Positions 41,079-52,654 of a DNA stretch of 64,000 nucleotides are shown piece after piece; the first letter of the stretch is position 1, and each line of letters begins with the position of its first letter. Where the stretch lies: assembly GCA_010356995.1 (NCBI GenBank), contig ML996695.1:71061-135060 (forward strand), in the 5' to 3' direction. The notes beneath the pieces were generated by a model, which saw only the letters and a list, made by a program, of their open reading frames with translations, searched no databases and had not been told where the DNA came from. The DNA is from Trichodelitschia bisporula. Its lineage: Eukaryota. The position numbers and the translations under genes were made by a program.

Positions 41079-41138
41079 CACCACTCCACCACTCCACCAC
41101 TCCACCACTCCACCACTCCACCACTCCACCACTCCACC
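41079..41138. repeat. Octamer tandem repeat (CACCACTC)7
   Basis: Seven perfect copies plus a partial copy, in the region upstream of STB3. Confidence 0.95.
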
Positions 41139-42469
41139 GCACCACACGCCCACTACTCTGCCACTCTCCAGCAACCACACACCCGCCTCCACCCGCCCAC
41201 ACATGCCCACGGCCACCCACACATGGCTCCAACTGGTCGATTGCGACTGGTGTCTGATTGGCTGATTAGGTCCACAACCCTCGCACCTTGCTCTTTTTCA
41301 AGCCTATCCTGAGAAAGGACGGCCCGTGCCATCCCCGCCTTTATGGGCTCTGCATCATTTTCTGGTTCCCCAAGGAAGACGAAACCTAATTCCATAGCTT
41401 CCTACTTAGGATAACGGCCTCCTTCCGACCCCACTCCGTTCCTTCCCTGACGAGTAAACTAGACGTGACCATCGCTAAATTGAAGCCGAGATCGGATCTG
41501 GTGGTTTATTGTCAGAAAGCCTAGTCACCGGCATCGAGGTCCCGTGTTCTATCGCCAGTTCCTTGTTGGCTGACGAAAAGCGACATCTCTCGGGCACTTG
41601 TCGAACAAAGGAAGACAGGCACGACAGGTTATTCAACAAGTGAGCCCGAAAGAGAGCGAACCCGATAAAGCGATCAGGCAGACCAAACCCGGCCATGCCG
41701 GCCTCTCTGCCATCCAGTGCATCGCCCATGCCTCGCATGCTACACCATCAAGGTACGCGTACCTCACTTCTCCATCCTCTCGTAAACATCAATAAGTTCG
41801 CATCTCATCAAACGTCATCGCCTTGTCATCCGCCCTCCGCGTACCCCTTGCCCTGAATCACAATCACCTTGCTTGCAGTGTCCCTTGTCCCCAACGCTTC
41901 TGCCGAACCCAGACAACGAACAAAGACCCTCGGCCCCGGGAACCGCACTCCCTCAACCAGCAGCTGCGCCTCGCCCACGCATCAGCCTCAGCCTTCAGGT
42001 ATGACGTTACAATGCATCTTCGCCACTTCTCCCTCGCATCGTGCTGCCAACGCTGTCTTGGACGCCTGGACGTGGTACGTACGGTAGCATCTCAACCACC
42101 CGTCCCCAACGCGCTCTCGTATCGTGCTCCAAGCACACCCTTCCACTATCTTCCATCTCCACAACTGCACATCCCCAGCCCCTCCCCTCCGTCTATCAAA
42201 CAGCATGTCCGTCCGAGGCCACGATGCCGATTTCACCCTTATCTGCACCTTCCCCAGCCTATCAGCCACACAGCCAAGTCTGCACCACATCCGCAGACCT
42301 CAACCGAGCGACCCCAGCGGGTCTGCCCAGTCCAGCCAGCGGGATTTCTTGCAGCTGCGAGACGCCAGGCAAGCAACTGTGCGCACTCACAGACACCACC
42401 CCGCAGTGCACGAGCAACTCCATGCACACTGCCCATCATCGACCTCTCCTCTCCCCTCATCCGCCCTAG

Positions 42470-42517
42470 GCCCGTCCCTAGCCCGTCCCTAGCCCGTCCC
42501 TAGCCCGTCCCTAGCCC
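42470..42517. repeat. 11-mer tandem repeat (GCCCGTCCCTA)4
   Basis: Four perfect copies. The minus strand reads (TAGGGACGGGC)n, giving regularly spaced GGG runs. Confidence 0.95.
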
Positions 42518-43044
42518 ATCCCACTCCACCCCACCCCGCTCGCTCCCGATCCCGATCCCGGATGGATGCACTTTACCACCCCGCCCCACTCACTCCCACA
42601 TTCCGAAATGCCCCTCACCTGTCTCCACGAAGCCCATGTCTCCACATCGCGCCCGAATTGGCCAGTATCCAGCCGTCTCAGCCAACGTCGTCTGACCCCA
42701 CTCCCCCGCTCTGTTCTCGAACCCCGCACTCCGCAACGAACGAACCAGCGATGCAGCCCACGCACAAACAAAGTGCAAAAATGCAATATTCAGCTCAAGT
42801 GCCAGCCAACGGGCTCTTGCTAGTAGACCACTCGCCTTTGCAGATAATGCGATTCGTAAATCCTCCTCGAATCCACGCTGCATGTCTCCCCGCGGATGAT
42901 TCCTCCCTCTGAGCAGCTTCCCGCGGCGCACATCACACCCTCGCCCGCGCGCACCCCGCGCATATCGCACCGCAAACCGCATCCCCCACCCACCCTCACC
43001 CTTAGAATCCCAACCCCACCCCCCCACAAACCCCACCAAGCCTC

Positions 43045-45648
43045 CTACCCCCCAGGCACAACATACTGTCGCACCGCCTGCCCAAAAAATCAATAACTCG
43101 TCCCCACGCGCAACATTATCACTCCACTTACCGTCTTCAAAACCCCCAAGTTCTGCGTCGTCCGCGCGTACACGGCGCGATACTGGTCTAGGCTGGCCGA
43201 GACGACGTCTCGCCGTGTGGCGCGCCCGGCGCAGATTTCTTTCATTTGGAGCTCCATCTGGGGGGCAGCTTGGGTTAGCGAGGAGGAAGCGGGGAGCGGA
43301 AAGGGATTCGGGTGTTTGTGGGTTGGGGATTAAGCGCATGGGGGCCAGTACAGCTGCCTTGGTCGAATGGACCCGCCGGCTAATATCAGTGACGCGGCCG
43401 TGGCCAGGTCATGCCAAGCGTCGTGGATATCATGTCGGGACACCACGTATCCGCGCCGCCCGCGTCAACACCCGACCCGAACCATGGGGCCGCCGATCGC
43501 TCCCGATGCAGACAACCGCCCATCGCCGATCGGCGCGGGCGGGTTAGGGTACACTACCGCCATACTCTAACCGAAACGCTGAAGGGATCGGAGGGGAGTG
43601 TGGGGGCGCTTTGTTTGAATGCGGCTTACCTCTTTGCGCAGAAACGGCTTGCTGAGACTCGTTTCAAAGGCCAGGTTCTCGTACCCTACGATTAGAGCCA
43701 TGCCTAACGTCGTCGGGATGAATTCGTCAACCCCGCTCCCGCCGCCGCTGCTAGTGCGGGTTGAGCCTCCTCCTCCTCCGCCGCCGCGGCCGCCCCGCCC
43801 ACGACCTCGGCCGCGCGTGGCTGTTGTTGTTGTTGTGTCGTCGTTGTCCCCGTCGCCGGCGGCGGCAGCACGCCCCGCGCGCTTGCGCGTCACGACGTAC
43901 TGCCGCTCCTTGATCTTAGCAATATGCTCCGCCATCGTCGCATCCGTGCCAATCCCATTCGCATCCATAAGCGCAATAAGCTCCGGCTCCGTCAAGTAGC
44001 CGGGCGGAGCCGTCTTGCCCTCCGTCATCTTCGCCTCCGTCGGCACGAAATACTCATCGACCTGAAAGACGGGCAGTTGCTGACTGCTCTCCCACTTGTC
44101 GTAAGGGTACACGTCGAGGTAGTTGCGTTCTAGGACGAGAAGCCCGGATGCGGTGAAGACTTCGCTCCCGTATTGCATTTCCACGGTGCTGAGCTCGCCT
44201 TTTGCGTCTTCGGCGCAGCAGGCGAGGAAGCGCCGGACGACGAATTCGTAGACGCGTCGGTCGGTGTCGCTGAGGGAGCTGGGGAGGACGTAGTTCACGG
44301 GGTGGATGGGGGGGTGGGCTTTGTCGTTGTTGCGCCCCGAGCGCGGCCATTGGAAGCCGCCGTCCGCGAGCCTGAGGTGTTAGCGAGGCTAGCATAGGGG
44401 TGGGGGACATACCGCTGGGCAAACGGGCCCCAGTTGGCGTCTTGTGTTTGTTTCCGCACGAGGCCCATGAGGTCCATGCCCTTGTCGAATTGATCGGTTT
44501 CTGTGCGCGGGTAGCTGATCCAGCCTTTCGTGTACAGGTCTTCTGCAATCTGTCCCGTTAGCCATGGCCGTCGGATATGCTACGGCAAGCGTACCTTCAT
44601 AACCGTCTGACTGTCCATCCGCAGAAAGCGGCTTCCATTCTTCTGCAGCTCGACCGTGGTCAGCGGTAGCGGGCGCCACTTGCTCGTCGGCCGCTTCTGG
44701 ACTTTGGTGATACGTGCTGTGCGTGCTGCCAGACAGCGCTCGTACAATATCGTGACGGTCATGCGATCGAACAAATGGACGCGCTTCCAATTAAACGCGA
44801 CCTTGACATCGTCCTTAACCTGCATGACCTTGATGGCCCAGAACGTCTCTGGGATGAAGTTCTGCACGCGGAAGTAGCGATCGACCACGAAGCCCAGGGT
44901 GGGGAACTGGCAGGACCCGTAGCTGATGACTTTGATGCTATCGTCGACGGCCTGGATCAGCGGGCGTAGGTTTAGGGTTAGGTAGCGAGTGAAGGCGGCG
45001 CCGACGCGGAGGTCGAGTTCCATACGGGCGGCTACGGCGTCGGATTGGAGTTCGTCGATTTCGATGGGGTTGTTGGCTGCTTGGACGATGTGGCTGGGCC
45101 CTTAGCTGTCTATACACCAGAAACACACGAGGGCGCCTTACGCTCGCTCAATGTTATTGAACATGGCCCGCTTAACCGTCATGCGCGAATTGACCTTCAG
45201 CGCAATATTGCGTATCTCAGCGCCGATATTCTCCCCCTCCCGATCACAATCCGTCCATATATACAAGATATTGCAGTACCGCGCCTGCTGCTCGATGTTC
45301 TGCGCAATGGACTTCTTATCCCCTTTGATTTGCACCTCGATCGGCGCGTCGAAGAGCTCGCTCGGCTGGCAGGTTTGCCAGTTGCTGTACCGCCCGCCGA
45401 AATCGTGCTCGATGACATGTCCAGCTACGCTCGTGAAGGTCACCTCGCACGGCCCCCAGGGCCCGAAGTTGTAGTTGAACACATAGTTCTTGAGCCACCG
45501 CAGACTCGGCACGTTACGCTGTTTCTGTGAGTGGAAGTGGGGGTGCGGGCGGGGGTACTTTACGTACGGCGGGCACGCTGCCGCCCAGATGGTTGGCGAC
45601 GGCTTTGGCAATCGACGGCTTCTCCGCCACGCAGAGGATTTTCGTCAT
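43045..45648 (-). CDS. TOP3: DNA topoisomerase III (type IA)
   Basis: MTKILCVAEKPSIAKAVA; Toprim IWTDCDREGENIG; ELDLRVGAAFTR; SYGSCQFPTLGFVVDRY; catalytic LYTKGWISYPRTET; GIGTDATMAEHI. Last exons read MELQMKEICAG... and AVRQYVVPGG*. Confidence 0.96.
43330..43612 (-). ncRNA. Candidate structured RNA inside the 372-nt TOP3 intron (43258-43629)
   Basis: Nested complementary segments 43361-43369/43469-43477, 43390-43397/43460-43467 and 43422-43431/43439-43447; a hairpin at 43514-43545; a closing pair 43332-43337/43606-43611. The intron is about 8x longer than the local norm. Confidence 0.45.
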
Positions 45649-45910
45649 GGCTCGCCGTAAAGCAGCGGAGTTACCAGCGGGGACGGATCGGTGGCGAAGA
45701 GATCGCAGCAGTCATGACGGTTTGATGCGCCGCTTGCGCCGATGCACAGTTTCCCTGCCGCGCGCCGCTCATCGGATCGCCGTGCCCGTCGCGCGGTCAT
45801 GTGATACGAGTCGTGGTTCGACGACCTTAAGTCAAGAACAACAAGAACAACGCACGCCCGTCCGTCCAACGCCGCACCACCTCCCCGCCCATCCCGCTGC
45901 CGTATCCACC

Positions 45911-47066
45911 ATGGTTGCGCTCTTCATGGACACCGCGCTGCCCCTCCCCCTCCTCAAGGAGGTCTCCTCCTACGCCGACTTCTCGCTCACGGTCCGCCCC
46001 TTCCTCGGGCAACTCGCGGCTCTCTCAGCGAATATCGTCGCCGCTTGCTCCACGGACGCGCCGCTCGTGTCCCTGGCGCAGGTGTACCTCACTACAAACC
46101 CGCTGGTGTCCGCATTTGCTCTCTCGCTCGCCTTCAGCGTCTTCTTCCTCCTGCTCTCCGAGGCGACGCGCAACCACTCCCAGGTCGACCGCGCGTGGAG
46201 CATGCTGCCCCCCATCTACGTCGCACATTACGCACTCTGGGCACGCGGAAACGGGATCCCGGCGCCGAAGGTGGATAACGCGCTCGTCGTGGCCGGGGTG
46301 TGGGGCGCGCGGCTCACGTTCAACTTTTGGCGGAAGGGCGGGTATAGTTCTGGGGGGGAGGATTATCGGTGGGAGATTATTAGGGGGTGGTGGAATGCGC
46401 CAACGATGTTTGTGTTTAATGTGTTTTTCATTGCGTTGGCGCAGAATGTGAGTACTGGCCTGGTGAAGGGGGTGGTGTGAGGCTGACGGGATAGGTGCTG
46501 CTGTTTTTGATCACGACGCCGGTGTATCTGCTTCTGCTGGTGAGCCGCGAGAATCCGACGATGGAGTTGCCGGATATTATCTTCTCGCGCGTGCTCATGG
46601 GCTTGATCCTCGTGGAGACGTTCGCGGACCAGCAGCAGTGGAGTACGCACCCCCCCCCCTCCCCCCCTCCTCCACACATCCGCTAACCCCCGCAGACTTC
46701 CAGCAAGCAAAGAAGCAGTACAACGCCACCGCAAAGGTGCCCCTCAAATACAGCCGCGAAGACCTAGACCGGGGCTTCGTCGTCTCCGGTCTCTGGGCCT
46801 GGTCGCGCCACCCCAACTTCGCCGCCGAGCAGGCCATCTGGCTCGTCTTCTACCAGTGGGCATGCTACGCCACGCAGACCTTCTTCAACTGGACCGTTGC
46901 CGGCGCTTTGGGCTACCTCATGCTCTTCCAGGCGAGCACCCGCTTCACCGAGCAGCTGAGTGCGCAGAAGTATCCGGAGTATGCGGAGTACCAGCGCCTT
47001 GTGGGCAAGTTTATCCCGACGTTCCTGGGCCGCGGGAGTGAGGGGAAAGAGGAGAAGAGGGAGTAG
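45911..47066 (+). CDS. DUF1295 (steroid 5-alpha-reductase-like) membrane protein
   Basis: Motifs NHSQVDRAWSMLP, WGARLTFNFWRKGGY..GGEDYRW, ETFADQQQW, RGFVVSGLWAWSRHPNFAAEQ and KYPEYAEYQR. Two introns; divergent from TOP3 with ~260 bp between ATGs. Confidence 0.9.
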
Positions 47067-47260
47067 GGTGTGCGTGGAGTGAGTAAGGGGACTGCGGTTG
47101 AAGTTATTTTGTTGTAGTGTCTGGTTTCAGGCCAGGGAGCACGCGAGTGCCTCCCTTCCTCGGCCTGATGTTCACTTCTGGTGTGCTCGGTAAAAGCGGC
47201 ATTGGTAGTCCAAACAAGCATGCTTCAGTCAACGCATATCCCTCACTCTATGTACATCCC

Positions 47261-47416
47261 TCACGGCGTCGGCGGCCCCCCATCCCCACCCCCCCCACTC
47301 ATAAGCCCACTCGTAAGCCCACTCATCCTCCTCCCAAGTAAATCCTCCTCACTCGCCAAACCAACCATACTCCTCCCCCTCCTCACAACCCCCCTCTCCC
47401 GCTCAACCCTTTTCCC

Positions 47417-47478
<62 letters not shown>

Positions 47479-49409
47479 CCGCCCCCATCATCTCCAACGG
47501 CCGATCCTCATCCCCCGAAAAACTCCCCCCCCTACTCCTCCCCACCTCCTCCTCCTCCTCCCGTTCCGCCCTCTCAAACCCCTCCCCAATCCACCCCGCA
47601 CATCGTTCCATCAATCTCCACGCTAGGGGAAACACACCCGCGAACTGCAGGAACCCGTGTGATATACCGGGGACCAGGACTACCTCCACTACATCCCGCT
47701 CGTCGAAGCCCCCGCGCTCGATGCCCAGCTCGCGGCGTGCTTTGTAGGCGGCGGCATGCGCGGCCCGCAGCCGCCCGGCGAAGATAACTGTGTCGTCGAC
47801 CAGCGGGTCCCGCTCGCCTGTCAGTACGTACGTTCGTGGGAAGCGCGCGAGCAGCGAGTCCGGTGCGAGGAGCGGGCTGAGCAGGTAATCGGTGCTGAAG
47901 TCCGGTCTAGCGTGGGGGCCGATGTACAGGATGACCATGGCGCGCATCATTTCCGGCGTCAGAATCCTATCGTTAAAGTAGGAAATCATGCTGCTCATCG
48001 CCAGACGCGTGCGCAGCTTCGGCTGCTCCGGCTTCGTCTCAGACACCGCCTCCTTAACAGGCGGTACATGCGCAAACTCCGCCTCAGGCATTTTGGTCAG
48101 CGGCCGGACGGTGGCTTGACTATCAACGCCATAACCATCCTCGTCATCGCTCCCATAGGGCGTATCCGGCGCGAGCGCGCGATAATCCTCGCTCTTTCTT
48201 CGCAAGACACGCGCGTTCGTCCCCCTGGCCCTTCGATCACGTATCAGCGCCATCTGGCTATCCGTCATCCAGCTCCCGATATTCATATCCAGCGCCGGAT
48301 ACACCAGCACCACGGCCGCAGGAGGCGGGAGCGGTTTATGCCCGAGCTCGCGCGGCGCGAGGCCCGCTTGGAGGACCATGAGCACCGTCCCGACGGCCAG
48401 GGTGCCGCCCGCTGAATCGCCCGTGATGATAATTTTGGGGATGTGCTCGCCAGAGAGCCCGACGCAGCGGCCGCGAGTCGCGTGCAGGGCGGTGTATGCG
48501 TCGAAACACTCGTGCAGCGCGTAGGGGTAGGGATACTCGGGTGCTTTCCTGTAGTCGAGGCTGAGGATGGGGAGCCGCGTGCTGCCGGCCCAGGAGAGGA
48601 GCTTGTCGTCGTGGGTGCGCGGGGACATGGCGATGAAGCCGCCGCCAGGGATGTCGAGGACGATTTTAGTGTGGTTTTTGAGGGCGCTCAGCGGGCCGTT
48701 GAAGTACAGCCACCCCGATATGGGGTCGGTGTATGCGGACCCTTTGGGGCGGGGAATGCGGATCGCTCTAGGTGGGTAGCGCGTGAAGCGCGGACGGAGA
48801 AGGGCGGTCAGGAAGGAGAGATACGTCGTTGTGCCTTTGTTCCAGGAGACGCGCAGGTGGTCGACTGTGAGGGAGGCGCGGATCTTGCGCACTTTTTCGT
48901 CTGCCTGCTCGGCGGCGAAGAGGTAGTAGATGCTGAAGACCATGGAGGCGGCGTCGCGGAGCCAGGGCCGTCGGATTCGCATCGCGGACCAGAAGCCCGC
49001 GTCCAGCGCGGTGGTTACCCATGTTGCGCGGAAATAGGGCCGGGTGTAGAGGTTTGCGAGGGGCTCCGGGCACTCGAGGTTGAGTAGCTTGCCGAAGTTG
49101 CGCGCGATGTAGAGCCAGAGGAAGGTCAGGACGACAGTTTGCCAGGGCGTGATGCGCGTTGCTAGGAAGCGCGAGAGGCGCCGGAGGGAAGGGGGGCCGT
49201 GGCGATTACCTCTGCTCTAGTTAGGGGTTGGGGCTGCGGGTTAGGGATGGATGGGGCCGCACTTGTACAGATATGCGGACCAGAAGGAGACGACGAGGAA
49301 GACTTGGATTTTGCGAAAGCGGACCGAGGGTCGGCCTAGGACATGGTCTGGGTGCGGGAGCTCAGTTGGTGCCGGTTCTCCTCATTCCGGCCGACTACGT
49401 ACCTATCAT
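47261..49409 (-). CDS. Hormone-sensitive-lipase-family alpha/beta hydrolase
   Basis: Spliced N-terminus MIDHVLGRPSVRFRKIQV; oxyanion loop DIPGGGF; LDYRKAPEYPYP; nucleophile GDSAG; GERDPLVDD; SHGF. Confidence 0.9.
47418..47475. repeat. 58-nt poly-C (poly-G on the coding strand) tract within the lipase CDS
   Basis: Uninterrupted C run, translated as poly-Gly. Confidence 0.9.
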
Positions 49410-50312
49410 GCTTCTATCAAGGGACTGGGACCACTCCACGCTTCACGCACGCGGAATTGTGGAAAGGGGAAACGGTCGGACGGATTGAGGTGGGAAACGT
49501 GCTGATGCCACGCATTGTGGGCAAAGGGGGCAGGACACGAGGTAGCATTCTCAGCATCACATGTCTGAATGCGGAGGACATGTCGTGGCATGTGATGGAC
49601 GCCCGCCGTCTCTACCCGCCCCTGTCATCCCTGCTTCCGCCCCGCTGTGGCACGTGCGGCTGCCCCGCCAGATATCCGAGTAGGGCTGACTTGCCGGATT
49701 GGGACGCACTATGAAGGAGATAGTGGAGCTTTGGTATTTAAGCATAAAGAAGCGAGCGGAAAGCTGTTGGGTTTGCGGGTGATGTTGGGGACGGACCGCA
49801 CCTGGTACCGTAATGGTGTTTTGGCGTGGCGGATGCTCCCGAGGGGTTGTCCAGCGAACAGTCCTCCTCGAGGTGAACTCTGCCTCTGACCATAATTGCA
49901 TGTGTTCCTCCTCTTGTCCGGCACTAGCTCTAAAATAGATGAACGTTGCGCAGATCCCCGTCTGCTACGCCACAGCCTTATCTTGGGATTTTCCCTGACG
50001 AACGTCAGTTCAGGCTCTGAGATTAGGAACCCCGAGGCACGAATCTGACGGCCTCACAAAGACTACCACAAAGACAACACGCTCCATTCAGCAAACAATG
50101 TGCTTCATTTTTCCATTGTGACCTAGTCTTTGGCGGGGTAGTGCCCCGCGGCTCCGTAGCCAATAGGCCCACCACCCGTAGCCCAGCAGTCACGCTGCCA
50201 CGTCATGGCTGCCCAACTTGATATTCCGCAACGGCCTTCCCAAAAACCCCCTCCCCATCCCTCCACACCTTCAAACCCACATCCAAAACTTTCCCTCACA
50301 GCCTAATCCACC

Positions 50313-50984
50313 ATGGCCCCCTCCGCCTTTCCCCACGCCCCAGCAGACGACATCGACCTCCTCCTCTCCGGCCTAACAACCTTCCACCTCGACATCCCCA
50401 AACCCGCCCCCGAACCCACCGCCTCCCCCCCTCAAAGCATCTACACCTCCACCCCCCTCTCCCCCACCGCCCCCGAACTCCGCCTCCTAATCCTGCACCC
50501 TGGCTCCCCACCCACAGCTCCGCGCTGCACCTTCACGCGCACCTACCTAACCTGGCCCATAACTTACACGCTCCTCCACCGCGCCCGTCTTGCACGCGAA
50601 ACCCACGCGCTCGCACCAAAAACCCTCGTCCCCATCACCATCGAGCGAACCACAACCCTCATCCCCTCAGACCTGCTGGGGGCACTCACAACCCTGCGCC
50701 AGCCCGACCGGCCGGTCCCCCTCTTCGTCCCCGAGATATGCGTGAACTGGGCGGATGCGCGCGAGGCCGAGGAGGCGCAGTGGGCGGAGGGCGAGGTATA
50801 TCGGCGCGCCGGACGGGTGGCGGTGTGGTTGGATGAGGGGCAGTGGGAGGGGGGGGATGTTTGTCTAGAGGTTAGTTATCGCGCGCCGGATGCGCGGGTT
50901 GTGGTTTGGGTGGGGGGGGTGGGGTGGTTGGATGTAAGGGTGCCGGAGGGTGGGGGGTTGGATGGGGATGCGATGGTGCAGTAA
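50313..50984 (+). CDS. Stand-alone, degenerate HET (heterokaryon incompatibility) domain protein
   Basis: IYTSTPLS...ELRLLILHPG...LLGALTTLRQPDRPVPLFVPEICVNWADAREAEEAQWAEGEVYRRAGRVAVWL follows the HET pattern (Y..L..EIRLL.L.PG; L..AL..LR; LWIDAICINQ.D..E...QV..M..IY..A..V.VWL), with core residues substituted. Confidence 0.7.
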   Translation: MAPSAFPHAPADDIDLLLSGLTTFHLDIPKPAPEPTASPPQSIYTSTPLSPTAPELRLLILHPGSPPTAPRCTFTRTYLTWPITYTLLHRARLARETHALAPKTLVPITIERTTTLIPSDLLGALTTLRQPDRPVPLFVPEICVNWADAREAEEAQWAEGEVYRRAGRVAVWLDEGQWEGGDVCLEVSYRAPDARVVVWVGGVGWLDVRVPEGGGLDGDAMVQ

Positions 50985-51110
50985 CTTTGGATGGAGGGTT
51001 AGGGTTAGGGTGAGATTTAGGTTGTTGTACGTGAGCATAGCGTGGAGTCAAAAGCATGCGCAGGCTCGCGAGGCTGAATACCCCTGCATATCGTATCATA
51101 CCGTACATAT

Positions 51111-52576
51111 CTACTTTTCAAACACCGCCTCCATCGCCTCGCCCAGTATCCGCATCCCCTCCTCCACCTCCCGCTCGCTAATCACCAGCGGCGGCACAAA
51201 CCGCAGTGTATCCTTCCCGCACGTAATAATCAGCAACCCCCTCTCCCTTGCCGCATTAACAATAGGCGTCGGATCCGCGTTCAACTGCAACCCAAGCAAC
51301 AACCCGCGGCCCCGCACCTCGCCCACCTGCTCAGGGAACCTCTTCTGCAACTCCTCCATCGCCGCCCGGAGCTGCGCGCCCCGCTCCGCGACCGCAGCCG
51401 CCATTTCCGGCGCCGCCAGCCGCTGCACAATGTGATGCGCCACCGCGCACGCGAGCGGGTTGCCCCCGAACGTCGTCCCGTGGTCACCTGTCGCGATGAG
51501 GCTGGATACGCGCTCCGTGACAATCGTCGCGCCGATGGGCACGCCGTTGCCCAGCGCCTTGGCCGTGGTGATCATATCCGGGTGCGCAGAGGCGGGGAGC
51601 GCGGCATGCGCCCAGAACTCGCCGGTCCGGCCGAGGCCACACTGGATCTCGTCGTGGATGAGCAGAGCTCCCACCTCGCGGCAGCGCCTCGCAAGGGCGG
51701 TTAGGAACTCCGGGGTCGCGACGTTGACGCCGCCCTCACCCTGGATGGGCTCAACAATGACACCGCACGTCTTCTCCGTCACAAGGTGCGGGATCGCATC
51801 GATGTCATTGAGGTCGCCGTAGTGGAACCCCGGGACCATAGGCGAGAACGGCTGCTGGTATTTCGGGTTCGGCGTCGCGGACAGCGAGCCCATCGTACGG
51901 CCGTGGAAGGAATTGCGGAAACTGACGACTTCGTGCTTTGCGCCGGACGGGTCGGCGAGTTTGCCCGCTTTGCGCGCGAATTTGAGTGCCGCTTCGTTGG
52001 CTTCCGAGCCGCTGTTGCAGATGAACACGCGGCTCACGCCCTCCATGCCGCCAGCTTCGCGCGTCTTTTCTACTAGCAGCTTGGACAGGGCGCCTGTCCA
52101 GGGGTTGTGATACAGATTCGAGGTGTGCAGGATGGTGTTCGCCTACGCGATTAGCCTCTGCCTTAGCGGTCGTGCTCGCGTAGCACTCACCTGTTGGTAG
52201 ATCAGATCTGCAATCTGTGGATCGCTATGTCCTAGCGCTGTCACCGCTATCCCCGCTGTGAAGTCCAGATATGCGCGCCCGTCTGCGTCTTCCACGTGGC
52301 AGCCCGAGCCGCGCACAAACATGGGCGGTGGCCGCACGTACGTCGGCACCATGTAACGGAGCTGTTCATCGACAAGGCGCGCGGTGCGGGAGTCAGGTGT
52401 AGGATCGGGATTCGGGACTTTGGCACTCTGTGATTGTTAACCCATGCTCAATGCTTCGCGGATGCGCACACCTTTGTCGCGGTCGTCCGCCCGGCCGCTG
52501 CAGCGGCACCGGACGCGTAGCGGCGCGAGGCGCGCGAGAGAGCGCCCAATTGGCGCAGAGGGAGGCGGAGGGCCAT
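51111..52576 (-). CDS. ARG8: Mitochondrial acetylornithine aminotransferase
   Basis: Arg/Ser-rich presequence; YLDFTAGIAVTALGH; NSGSEANEAALKFARK; SFHGRTMGSLS; VEPIQGEGG; DEIQCGLGRTG; PLP lysine in TAKALGNG; HGTTFGGNP. Two introns. Confidence 0.96.
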
Positions 52577-52654
52577 GTTTGACATCCCTCGTTGGAATGG
52601 GGAGGTGAGGGTGGAGACGAGAGGAGCGTGGAGGGGTGATGGCGAAGAAAATCT

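Noticed and set aside
41079..42517. Tandem repeats as a CRISPR array
   Set aside because: There are no unique spacers, the units are 8-11 bp, the context is eukaryotic, and no cas genes are present.
43540..43552. CCCTAACCC (telomerase-template-like) on the transcript strand of the long TOP3 intron
   Set aside because: Known filamentous-fungal telomerase RNAs are kilobases long, a 9-mer arises easily by chance, and it also resembles a branch-point CTAAC.
43330..43612. Identification of the intronic structure as a TPP riboswitch, SRP RNA, RNase P/MRP RNA, hammerhead ribozyme or box C/D snoRNA
   Set aside because: The diagnostic conserved motifs (TPP UGAGA and CUUGAUC, SRP helix 8, bulged-U P4, CUGANGA, RUGAUGA) were not found.
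45527..45910. N-terminal extension of DUF1295 suggested by the ORF track
   Set aside because: It begins at a GTG overlapping the antisense TOP3 start; the ATG at 45911 in CCACCATGG context is the plausible start.
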